DNA of 22,503 nt from Polyangiaceae bacterium. GTDB lineage: Bacteria; Myxococcota_A; Polyangia; Polyangiales; Polyangiaceae. The position numbers were made by a program, and so were the translations under genes. Where the stretch lies: the NCBI GenBank assembly GCA_044222475.1, contig JBGANF010000128.1:1-22503 (forward strand). The letters are read 5' to 3'. Below the pieces are notes generated by a model. That model worked only from the letters and a program-made list of their open reading frames with translations, made no database searches and was not told the origin of the DNA. Shown here piece after piece: positions 8,839 to 16,919 of the stretch. Numbering within the stretch: the first letter of the stretch is position 1; the number at the start of each line of letters is the position of its first letter.

Positions 8839-9700
8839 CACGACGAAGCGTGACCATCGCATGCTTTTCGACGCGTTTCCAGCGACCGCCAGGGACGACA
8901 CCGCCGTCGAAGTCGCTCGCGACGAGGACGGCGTGGAGCCGCTCCAGATCCGGAGTGCGGCGCCGCAGCGCCTGATCGTCGCCGAGGAGAGCTTCCGCGT
9001 CCTCTTTCCCGGCATACACGCGGTACGCGAGCTCGCTGCGACGGCAAGCGGCCACGAACAGCTCGCCGTTGCCGACGAGGACGTTCAGCGGAGCCGGCGC
9101 ACCGCCGACCTCGGCGCTCATGCCGTCGATCACGGCGAGCGACGAACGCAACGCCTCGGCCACGTCCTCCGCGGTGGCCGCGCCCTGAAGTTTCCCCGCG
9201 TCGTGCAGGAACGAGAGGAACACGTGGAACACGATCTCCGCGTCGGTCTCTCCGCGGATGCCGGAGCGGAGGAAATCGGGGACGCTCGCGAGCATGCGCG
9301 CCCGCAGCTCGTCGTGATCCAGGAAGCCGCTCACCGTGCCGGTTTGCCCGAAGAGCCACTCGCGGTAGCGAAACGGGTGGGTGTTCTCGGTGCGAAGATC
9401 GCCGACGGTCGCGCTGCGCACGTGGCAGAGCACCGCGTCGCCCCGCACGTCGGCGGCGAGCTTGCCGAGGTCGATGACGTCGCTCTCGTCCGACGGCCGA
9501 CGACGAATGAGCACCTCGCCGCCTTGCCAGAAGCCGATGCCCCACCCGAGCGGGCCGTTGCCGTTCGCGTGAGCGGAGGCTGGCCCCCGCGACGACGACA
9601 CCGGCGCATCGCGGCGAACCCGCAGGATCTCGGCTTCGGCCGACAAAATGCGGCCGGCGATGTCCGAGCGGTTGCCGATGAGACCGGCGAGTCGTGCCAT
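8810..9700 (-). CDS. Class II glutamine amidotransferase (YafJ/EgtC-like Ntn fold) lacking the catalytic Cys1
   Basis: GWGIGFW, HVRSATVG, NTHPFR and GETDAE motifs are present. The N-terminus is MARLAG rather than MCRL. RBS-like GGAG/AGGA lies upstream. Confidence 0.88.
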   Translation of the reverse strand: MARLAGLIGNRSDIAGRILSAEAEILRVRRDAPVSSSRGPASAHANGNGPLGWGIGFWQGGEVLIRRRPSDESDVIDLGKLAADVRGDAVLCHVRSATVGDLRTENTHPFRYREWLFGQTGTVSGFLDHDELRARMLASVPDFLRSGIRGETDAEIVFHVFLSFLHDAGKLQGAATAEDVAEALRSSLAVIDGMSAEVGGAPAPLNVLVGNGELFVAACRRSELAYRVYAGKEDAEALLGDDQALRRRTPDLERLHAVLVASDFDGGVVPGGRWKRVEKHAMVTLRRDVDPKVAPL

Positions 9701-9723
9701 GAGGTCCTGTCTCCGGGTGGGTA

Positions 9724-9891
9724 CTACTCAGAAGATAAGGAGTCGGAGCCGTTTCGTCCACGCGCTTGCGGCATGATCGCGCGCTCGGTGCGACGACGCA
9801 CCCGGTCAGCGAGCGTGTCGGCGACGAAACGGACGACGAACGGCGCAGCAGCGGCGACCACGAGGGCGACCGCCCATAGAGGAACGTGCAT
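9724..9891 (-). CDS. Candidate small membrane protein (55 aa)
   Basis: Manual translation gives MHVPLWAVALVVAAAAPFVVRFVADTLADRVRRRTERAIMPQARGRNGSDSLSSE*. It fills most of a 242-nt gap between co-oriented genes, and GGGGAA lies upstream. It is shorter than any ORF in the supplied track. Confidence 0.5.
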   Translation of the reverse strand: MHVPLWAVALVVAAAAPFVVRFVADTLADRVRRRTERAIMPQARGRNGSDSLSSE

Positions 9892-9942
9892 CGGCCGCGA
9901 ATGTTTCCCCAGAACGACGCGAACGTCGAGCAGTTCCGCTCG

Positions 9943-10743
9943 TCACTTCGCTTGCGGCGGGACGATGAACGGAACGACGTGCTCTTTTTGCTCGAACGAC
10001 GTGCGGTACGTCGCGGCCGCGTGCTGGGTCGCAAACGGGCCGATGCGCACGCGGTACCACGTTCCCCGACCCGGGACCTTCGCCTCGACGACGTAGGCCT
10101 TGTGCCCACGCGCGCGCAGCTGGTCGCCGAACGCCGACGCTTCCTCCTGAGTGCGGAACGAGCTCACCTGCAGTTGGTATCCGCCGTCGTGGCCGGGACC
10201 GGCCGCAGTGGCGGACGCCGGCGCGGCGACCTGCGCGGAGTCCGTCGCTGCCTTCGTGAGGCCGTCGCGCGGCCTCGTGACCAGCGGCGTCGCCTCGAGC
10301 ACGTTCTGCGCGGGAAGCGGCACCACCGCGAGTCGATCCGAGGGAGCGGGCGGGGCGAGCACGTCGACCGGAGCGACCGCCGTCGCGGTGCTGGTCGGTG
10401 CTCCGTTCCCCTTCACCGCCGCGAGCGCGGTCGTGGGCTTGCCGTCGTCGCTGAGGATGCCGGGGAAGGTCACGTCGCTCGGTGAGAGATCGGTCGGCTT
10501 GGCCGCGCCGCCGGTCGTGGCTCCACCTTTCGCGCGGGATGCCACGAGCTCGCCGAGTGGATCCGCCTTCGCCGGACCGGCCGCACCGCGGTGACCGCCG
10601 AGCGCCATCGCCGCGAAGACGACGCAGGCGCCGCCGAGCATCACGAGCGCGACGCTCACGAGCTTCGGCGTCTTGCCCGCCTCATCGGTCTCTTGGATTC
10701 GTTCCATGTTTCGCAGCGATCCTTCTCCCATGGCGTTCCTCAT
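9943..10743 (-). CDS. SPOR-domain cell-division protein (FtsN/DedD-like bitopic membrane protein, 266 aa)
   Basis: ATG at 10743 overlaps the argS TGA (ATGA). It has a short N-tail, one TM segment (LVSVALVMLGGACVVFAAMAL), an Ala/Pro/Thr linker and a C-terminal SPOR domain (YQLQVSSFRTQEEA...WYRVRIGPF). argS followed by a SPOR gene is a familiar arrangement. Confidence 0.9.
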   Translation of the reverse strand: MRNAMGEGSLRNMERIQETDEAGKTPKLVSVALVMLGGACVVFAAMALGGHRGAAGPAKADPLGELVASRAKGGATTGGAAKPTDLSPSDVTFPGILSDDGKPTTALAAVKGNGAPTSTATAVAPVDVLAPPAPSDRLAVVPLPAQNVLEATPLVTRPRDGLTKAATDSAQVAAPASATAAGPGHDGGYQLQVSSFRTQEEASAFGDQLRARGHKAYVVEAKVPGRGTWYRVRIGPFATQHAAATYRTSFEQKEHVVPFIVPPQAK

Positions 10744-12542
10744 TCTGGATTCACGCGAGCGTCCTCGCCGTCGTCTTCGTCTGGTCGATCCATGCGCTCG
10801 GGCGCGCTCACGCCGAGCAAACCGAGCGCCGAGGCGTACACGAGCCGGATCGCCTCGACCCAGCGCAAGCGCGCTCGTGTCTTCTTCATGTCCCAGCGGC
10901 TCTCCCAGCCGGGCTCCTTGCGCACCGAATCCTGCGGGAGGATCGGATCCTCCTTGAGGCGGGTGAAGTAGCTCTGGAAGTCGCGCGCGAGGTCCTGCAC
11001 GTAGAATGCGATCTTGTGCGGCTCGCGGGCGGCGGCGGCGTCGCGTACCAACGCGGGATAGTCGGCGAGCTTCGACGCGATCGCGAGCTCGTCCGGGTGA
11101 ACGAGCGCGGCGAGGTCGCCTGCGACGAAGGCACCGATGCCGATGTCCTGCGCCTTGCGCAAGATCGACGAGAGCCGAGCGTGACCGTACTGGACGTAGA
11201 ACACCGGGTTGTCGAGGCTCTTCTTCTTCGCGAGCTCGATGTCGAACTCGACGTTCACGTTGGCCGTGCGCGAGAGGAAGAAGAACCGCAGCGCGTCGCG
11301 CCCGGCGCCTTCTCGACCGGCGGCTTCGTCGATCTCCTCGCACAGCTCTTCGGGCGTGAGCACGTTGCCCGCGCGCTTCGAGGACTTCACGACGACGCCG
11401 TCGCGGTAGATGAAGACCAGGTTGTAGAGCAGGCCCTCGAAGCGCTCGCTCGGCAGGCCGAGGGCCTCGAGCGCGTTACGCACGCGCGATACGTAGCCGT
11501 GGTGGTCCACGCCGAGGACGTTGATCAGTCGGTCGTAGCCACGCTCGACCTTGTCGGCGTGGTAGGCGATGTCGCTCGCGAAGTAGGTGTAGGACCCGTC
11601 CGACTTCTGGACGACGCGATCCTTGTCGTCGTCGGCGCCCTTGCCGACGAAGAAGAGCGCGCCGTCGCGGCGCACGAGGTATCCGCCCTTCTCGAGCTTG
11701 TCGAGCGCGATCGCGACGCGCCCCCAGCGATGGAGCGACTCTTCGCTGAACCAGACGTCGTGATGGACGCCGAGGAGCGCGAGCGAGCGCCGGATCCCGA
11801 CGAGGACCTTCGAGCCGGGGACGCCGCCGAGCATGGTCGAGACACAGAGCCGGTCGCGCGCGCCCTTGTCCGCGCCGTCCGCGAGGACCTCGGGGTGGCT
11901 CATTTTGATGTATTCTGCAAGCTCTTTGGCGTAGTCGCCCTTGTAGCCGTCCTCGGGCACCTCCGCGCCGGCGGCGAGCGCGGCGACGCTGTCGCCGAAG
12001 AGGCGCACCTGGTTGCCGAAGTCGTTGACGTAGTACTCGCGCGCGACGAGGTGTCCGGTCGCCTCGAGGAGCGTCGCCACCGCATCGCCGTAGAGCGCGT
12101 TGCGCGCAGCCGCGATCGTGATCGGCCCGGTCGGGTTCGCGCTGACGAACTCCACGTCGATGCGATCGCCGGTTCCGGCCGGTGCGCGCCCGTACCCGAT
12201 GCCGGCGTCGTGGATGCGCGCGATCTCGTCCTGGAAGACAGCCGGAGCGAGGCGCAGGTTCACGAAGCCGGGGCCCGCGACCTCGGCCTGACGGATCACG
12301 GCGTCACCGGCGAGGGCCGCGACGAGGCTGTCGGCGATGGCGCGCGGAGGCTTCTTCGCTTGCTTCGCGAGCACCATCGCCGCGTTGGTCGCGAAGTCGC
12401 CGTGCTCTGCGCGCTTCGGGCGCTCGACGGTGAAGCTCGCGCGCAGCACCGCCGCCTCGTCGACCTCGCCAAGGGCGCTTTCGCGCGCGAGGCCGCGAAG
12501 CTTGTCGCGTAGGGCGCGCTCCACCTGGCTCGTGATGCTCAT
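10740..12542 (-). CDS. argS: Arginine--tRNA ligase
   Basis: HGDFATNAAMVLAK, AGPGFVN, EFVSANPTGP, REYYVNDFGNQ, TYFASDIAYH, GVDHHGY and NPVFYVQYGHARLSSILRK. RBS AAGGAG lies upstream. Confidence 0.97.
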   Translation of the reverse strand: MSITSQVERALRDKLRGLARESALGEVDEAAVLRASFTVERPKRAEHGDFATNAAMVLAKQAKKPPRAIADSLVAALAGDAVIRQAEVAGPGFVNLRLAPAVFQDEIARIHDAGIGYGRAPAGTGDRIDVEFVSANPTGPITIAAARNALYGDAVATLLEATGHLVAREYYVNDFGNQVRLFGDSVAALAAGAEVPEDGYKGDYAKELAEYIKMSHPEVLADGADKGARDRLCVSTMLGGVPGSKVLVGIRRSLALLGVHHDVWFSEESLHRWGRVAIALDKLEKGGYLVRRDGALFFVGKGADDDKDRVVQKSDGSYTYFASDIAYHADKVERGYDRLINVLGVDHHGYVSRVRNALEALGLPSERFEGLLYNLVFIYRDGVVVKSSKRAGNVLTPEELCEEIDEAAGREGAGRDALRFFFLSRTANVNVEFDIELAKKKSLDNPVFYVQYGHARLSSILRKAQDIGIGAFVAGDLAALVHPDELAIASKLADYPALVRDAAAAREPHKIAFYVQDLARDFQSYFTRLKEDPILPQDSVRKEPGWESRWDMKKTRARLRWVEAIRLVYASALGLLGVSAPERMDRPDEDDGEDARVNPE

Positions 12543-12604
12543 GTCACTAGGTCTCCTTCGCTAACGAAAACCCCCGGCCTCGGCCAACTTTTGAGTGGCG
12601 TCAC

Positions 12605-13882
12605 TCACTCACCGACGCGGAAGAGCTGCCGTGCCTTCCACCGGGTCTCGGCGGTCTCTTGGCGCGGGTCGCTGCCCCACACGATGCCGCCGCCGGCGAA
12701 GTACTCGACCTCGTCCCGCGCCACGACCGCGGTGCGGATCGCGACCGCGAGCACCATCCCACCGTCGCGGCCCACCATGCCGAACGCGCCGGTGTAGAGC
12801 CCGCGCCGATCGCGCTCCAATTCGGCAATGATTTCCATGGCTCGGACCTTCGGAGCTCCAGTGACGCTTCCACATGGAAGGAACGCCCGGAGGACCGGAT
12901 CGAGCGCCTGCAGAGGACCCTCGAGGGTGGCCCGGACCTCGGCGACCCGACTCCAGACCGTCGTCCCTTCGCGGAGGCTCGGCGCCGATGGAACGCGGAC
13001 CGATCCGGGCACGGCGATGCGCCCGAGATCGTTGCGGTGGAGATCGACGACCATCGCGAGCTCGGCGCGCTCTTTCTCGCTCGCGTCGAGCTCGACGGCG
13101 GCGGCGCGATCGGACGACGCGTCCGCGCCGCGCAGCCGCGTGCCTTTGATCGGCCCGGTGCGGAGCGAGCGACCTCGCAGCTCGAGGGCGAGCTCGGGGC
13201 TGGCGCCGGCGACGAGGTGGGTTCCGGCATCGAGGAAGAAGCCGTAGGGGGCCGGGGCGCCGGCGTACAATCGCTCGAAGAACTGCAGCGCCGAGCCGCG
13301 GAATCGCGAGACGAATCGGCGAGCCAGGTTCACTTGGTACGCGTCGCCGGCGGCGATCAGCTCGAGGACCCGCGCGACCGCGCGCGCGTGGTCGTCGTCG
13401 TCGATCGACGACGGCTCGTCGATCGCGCAAGACGCCTCGGCGATGCTCGGCGCGAGACGGTCGAGCAGCGCGTGCGCGGCGGCGGCATCGTCCGCCTCGA
13501 CGACGACGCGTCCGGTCTCGTGGTCGACGCGCAGGACCGCGTCGTAGCGCTGCCAGCGGCACGCGCTCACCGTCGGCGCGGGCCGGCGATCGTCGGGCAC
13601 GTAGGACCGGCGCTCGAGCCCGCGAAGCGCCTCGTAGGGGACGTAGCCCACCCAGCGCGGCGCGGCGGGACGATCGGCCCACCCTCGCGACATGGGCTGG
13701 GACATCGGAGGCGCGAGCGCGTCGGTCACCTCGACCGGATCGCTCGCGATGAAGCTCGACCCCGCGTCGAGCGGGCCGAGCGCACCTCGAGGGTCCGACC
13801 GGAGCACCGCAAGGCCCGGCCGGTCGCGGAGCCGTCGCGCGAGGGCGACGACGTCGGGCGCGAGCGCGGTTTCGAGACGCAC
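12605..13882 (-). CDS. pabB: Aminodeoxychorismate synthase component I (chorismate-binding enzyme)
   Basis: GDAYQVNLARR, ASPEL, PIKGT (PabB-type Lys; TrpE has PIAGT), KERAELAMVVDLHRNDLGR, GSVTGAPKVRAMEII and AGGGIV. Confidence 0.85.
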   Translation of the reverse strand: MRLETALAPDVVALARRLRDRPGLAVLRSDPRGALGPLDAGSSFIASDPVEVTDALAPPMSQPMSRGWADRPAAPRWVGYVPYEALRGLERRSYVPDDRRPAPTVSACRWQRYDAVLRVDHETGRVVVEADDAAAAHALLDRLAPSIAEASCAIDEPSSIDDDDHARAVARVLELIAAGDAYQVNLARRFVSRFRGSALQFFERLYAGAPAPYGFFLDAGTHLVAGASPELALELRGRSLRTGPIKGTRLRGADASSDRAAAVELDASEKERAELAMVVDLHRNDLGRIAVPGSVRVPSAPSLREGTTVWSRVAEVRATLEGPLQALDPVLRAFLPCGSVTGAPKVRAMEIIAELERDRRGLYTGAFGMVGRDGGMVLAVAIRTAVVARDEVEYFAGGGIVWGSDPRQETAETRWKARQLFRVGE

Positions 13883-13934
13883 GCCGGTTCTCTAACAGAG
13901 TGCACGCGCTCTGCGAGCCTGCTAGAAGCCCGTC

Positions 13935-15257
13935 GTGCGGTTTTTCTCGATCGGCGTCGCCGCCCTCGCTCTCGTGAGCTGCAGCGGCTCGGCCGTGACG
14001 ATCGGTCTCGACGTCGGCGGCGAGTCCGACGCGTTCAAGCGCGCACCGGCGGTCGCCACGCTCGCGGCCGACACGGTGGACACGGCCGGCAACCGGACCT
14101 CGCTCGGGGTCGCGAAGCTCCCGCAGACCGATTTCGATCTGAGTGACGCCCCGCGCTCGACGTACCTGAGCCTCGAGATCACCGGCCGCGACGCGACGGA
14201 CGCGCGCGTCCTGTTCGGTCGCTCGGTCGTCCTGCAGCTTGGTGCGGCCGAGGGCACGACGCTCCCGGTGTTCGTCCAGCGCGTCGGCGAGTGGGCGCGG
14301 ATGCCGGGGGTGCTCGCCGATGCGCGAGCCAAGCCGCTGCTGGCGGCGTCGTCCCGGACGTTCCTCGTCGCCGGTGGAGGCGACGGTACTCCAGCGGCTC
14401 AAGTCCTCACCGGCTACGACTTCGCCACGCTCCGCGCGCTCCAAGCGTACGGCGTGAACTTCACCACCCGATCGTTCGCAGTCGCGAACGCCGCGGCGCT
14501 GCTCATCGGCGAGGATGCCAACAAGAAATCGGCCGCGATCGTGTTCGACCTCGGCGCCGCGAGCCTCTACGCGATCGCCACGCCCTCAGGCGGCGGCTTC
14601 GACGAGGTCGCCGGCGGCCCGACGATCGTCGGCGACGACGGCGAGTCGTACGTCGTCGGTCCGGCGCGGATCGACGGAGCCCCAAGCGTGCGGGTCCTCA
14701 AGATCACGGCGGCGGGCGTGGCGTCGTTCCTGAGCTTCATCAAGCCGCGGGTCGGCGCGGCCGCGGTCTGGGTGAAGAACCGCGGGCTCTTGGTGTTCGG
14801 CGGGAGCGACTCGGCGAAGGGCGCCGAGCTCCTCGGCAAGGGCGCGACCGTCGGCCAAGAGATCGACTTCCCCACCGACGAGACGAAGGGCGCGGCCGCG
14901 GTCGTCCTCGACGAGAAGCGCGTGCTGCTCGCCGGTGGAACCGGCGGCGGCGTATCGCCCGGTGCGACGCGCCTCGTCGATCCGACGTGCGTCTCGGCGT
15001 GCGTGGCGACGCCTTGGAGCGCCGCCCTCCCGATCCAGGCGTCGTTCGCGCAGCTCTTCGCGCTCGCGCCGGCCGCTGCGCTGCTGGTGGCCGACGATCC
15101 CGCCGGCGCGACGCACACCTATCGCGTCGAGGCGTCCACCGTCACCGAGATCCCGCTCAAGATCCCGCGCCAGAGCGCGCGCGCGATCCGCGCGCCGACT
15201 GGCAACGTCGTCCTCGTCGGTGGTGGCACCACCACCGTCGAGTCGTTCATGCCGTGA
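13935..15257 (+). CDS. Lipoprotein with an N-terminal beta-rich domain and a Kelch-like beta-propeller (440 aa)
   Basis: Lipobox LVSC and repeated hydrophobic-GG motifs (FLVAGG, LLVFGG, VLLAGG, VVLVGG) typical of Kelch blades. Confidence 0.78.
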   Translation: MRFFSIGVAALALVSCSGSAVTIGLDVGGESDAFKRAPAVATLAADTVDTAGNRTSLGVAKLPQTDFDLSDAPRSTYLSLEITGRDATDARVLFGRSVVLQLGAAEGTTLPVFVQRVGEWARMPGVLADARAKPLLAASSRTFLVAGGGDGTPAAQVLTGYDFATLRALQAYGVNFTTRSFAVANAAALLIGEDANKKSAAIVFDLGAASLYAIATPSGGGFDEVAGGPTIVGDDGESYVVGPARIDGAPSVRVLKITAAGVASFLSFIKPRVGAAAVWVKNRGLLVFGGSDSAKGAELLGKGATVGQEIDFPTDETKGAAAVVLDEKRVLLAGGTGGGVSPGATRLVDPTCVSACVATPWSAALPIQASFAQLFALAPAAALLVADDPAGATHTYRVEASTVTEIPLKIPRQSARAIRAPTGNVVLVGGGTTTVESFMP

Positions 15258-15304
15258 ATCACCCGCTGCGCGTCGGGATTCGCATCGAGCAGCGCAATGG
15301 AGAT

Positions 15305-16912
15305 TCAGTCGCGTCGCTTGGCGCGGCGCGCGAGGAAGATGGCCGCGCCGACGAGCGCGAGGATCCCGCCCGACGGCGGAGCGTCCCCCTGCCCTTGGTG
15401 GCAGCTGCACCCGCTGTCGCTACCGGTCGGCGTGACGGGGTTCACCCCGCCGTCGTCTTGCGGCTGCGCGTCGGGACAACCGGGAACGTCCGCCATCGCG
15501 TCGAACGTCGTGGTCGTCCAGCCCTTCGGCGGAAACCGCGCGAGCGCTCCGGTGCCCGCCTTGTTCTGCGCCACGGCGAGGAGCTCGATCGTGCCCGGCT
15601 TGATCGGAACGCACGCGCTGACGGTGTCGCCCGGAGACTCGGCGACGAGGACGCCGTTGGCGTAGAGCTTCACCGACTCGATCCCGGTGCCCGCTTTGTC
15701 GACGGCGGTGGCGGTGACCTTCTGCGCCGTCGCGACCGAGGTCCCCGTCAGGCCGGTGATCGTGACCGTCGGCCGCTTCGCGTACGGGGCGAGCATCGGA
15801 TCGCCGAGGACGAGGTTGCGCCAGTACGCGTACGGAAGGCGCCGGAAATACGCCTCGGCGAGGGGTGCTCCGGTGGCGTAGTCGACGATGAGCTTGCGCG
15901 AGGGAAAGCAGTTGTTGAGCGGCTCGTCGACCGTGCCGTGGACTCCGGCGACGCCCATCTTCACCCAGCGTGCGATCGACACCTGGCTCTCACCGCTGGC
16001 GGCGAAGTTCACCGGAACCGCGCCGAAGCTCGTGAGGTTGTCGACGAGCGCGCCCGGCGCGAACGTGTTTCCTTCGATCGTCGTCCCGAGGCTCGCCGTT
16101 CCGGTGAAGAACGCGGCCATCTTGGGCGGCCCCTTCCACGCGGTGTCGAAGGGGACCTCTTGCGCGTCGGTGAAGCCGGCCGTCTTGAGCTGGTTGATCA
16201 CCGTCGGATACTCGGTGTCGAGCACGCCGCGCGCCGCGTCCGCGCCGTCCATGAAGACGAACGGACCGGTGGCGCCGCCCGCCTTCTCGGCGTCCATCGC
16301 GCTGGTGAGGAGGAGCTCCGCATCGGCGTACGTGCGCCCGTGGAGCATCGTCACGAGGAGCGGCTTCCACGTGACGCCGCCGGCCGTGATCGTCATCCCG
16401 CCGGTGATGGGACCGGTGACGGTGCGGTACGGGTTGCTCCACTTCGCCGCGAGGCACGGCGACCCTCCACAGTCGACGGTGTTGCCCGACGCTTGCCCGA
16501 GGATCGCGCCGGTCCCGTCGGCGCTGCGCCACACCGAGAGCGCGGCGGTGAGCGCGACGTTCTGGGTCGCGTTGCCGACCGGGACGCCGACGCGCAACGG
16601 GACGCCTCGAACGACGAGCACCGCCTCGATCCGCGCGTCGACCCCGGCCGCCTTGAGGCACGCTTCGAAAGGACCGTCGACCTTGGTCTGGTACTCGGCG
16701 AGCGTGATGTCGTCCTTCACCGGCATCGAGAGCGAGCACAGCTGCCGCGCGGGGATGTTGCGCGCTGCCATGTACTTCTTGGCCAGGGCCACGCTCTCGG
16801 GGACGTCGGCGTTGGCGAGGACGGCGACCCCATCGGGGCCGGCGAACGCGTGGGCCGCGCTCGAGACCGAGAGCGCAGCGCAAGCCATCAGCGAAGCGGT
16901 GACTGCCCTCAT
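15305..16912 (-). CDS. TIGR03790-like secreted protein with Ig-like domain and MYXO-CTERM sorting tail (535 aa)
   Basis: Signal peptide ending in AHA. Family-like motifs VAVLAN...SVALAKKYMAARNIP, VVRGVPLRV, FAPGALVDNLTSFG, GTVDEP..NCFP and LGDPMLAPY. The C-terminus is GCSC-linker-TM-RRAKRRD. Confidence 0.85.
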   Translation of the reverse strand: MRAVTASLMACAALSVSSAAHAFAGPDGVAVLANADVPESVALAKKYMAARNIPARQLCSLSMPVKDDITLAEYQTKVDGPFEACLKAAGVDARIEAVLVVRGVPLRVGVPVGNATQNVALTAALSVWRSADGTGAILGQASGNTVDCGGSPCLAAKWSNPYRTVTGPITGGMTITAGGVTWKPLLVTMLHGRTYADAELLLTSAMDAEKAGGATGPFVFMDGADAARGVLDTEYPTVINQLKTAGFTDAQEVPFDTAWKGPPKMAAFFTGTASLGTTIEGNTFAPGALVDNLTSFGAVPVNFAASGESQVSIARWVKMGVAGVHGTVDEPLNNCFPSRKLIVDYATGAPLAEAYFRRLPYAYWRNLVLGDPMLAPYAKRPTVTITGLTGTSVATAQKVTATAVDKAGTGIESVKLYANGVLVAESPGDTVSACVPIKPGTIELLAVAQNKAGTGALARFPPKGWTTTTFDAMADVPGCPDAQPQDDGGVNPVTPTGSDSGCSCHQGQGDAPPSGGILALVGAAIFLARRAKRRD

Positions 16913-16919
16913 GCGTCCC

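Noticed and set aside
8810..9700. Calling this gene egtC (ergothioneine pathway) or a pseudogene
   Set aside because: No egtA/B/D is nearby and the nucleophile is absent, so egtC is unsupported. The ORF is full length with no frameshift, so it is not a pseudogene.
10744..11343. N-terminal extension of the 466-aa SPOR ORF
   Set aside because: It lies inside argS in another frame. The start at 10743 gives ATGA coupling and a normal bitopic architecture.
15264..15294. CGCTGC...GCAGCG hairpin between convergent genes
   Set aside because: Only a 6-bp outer stem with an irregular interior and no U-tract, too weak to call a terminator.
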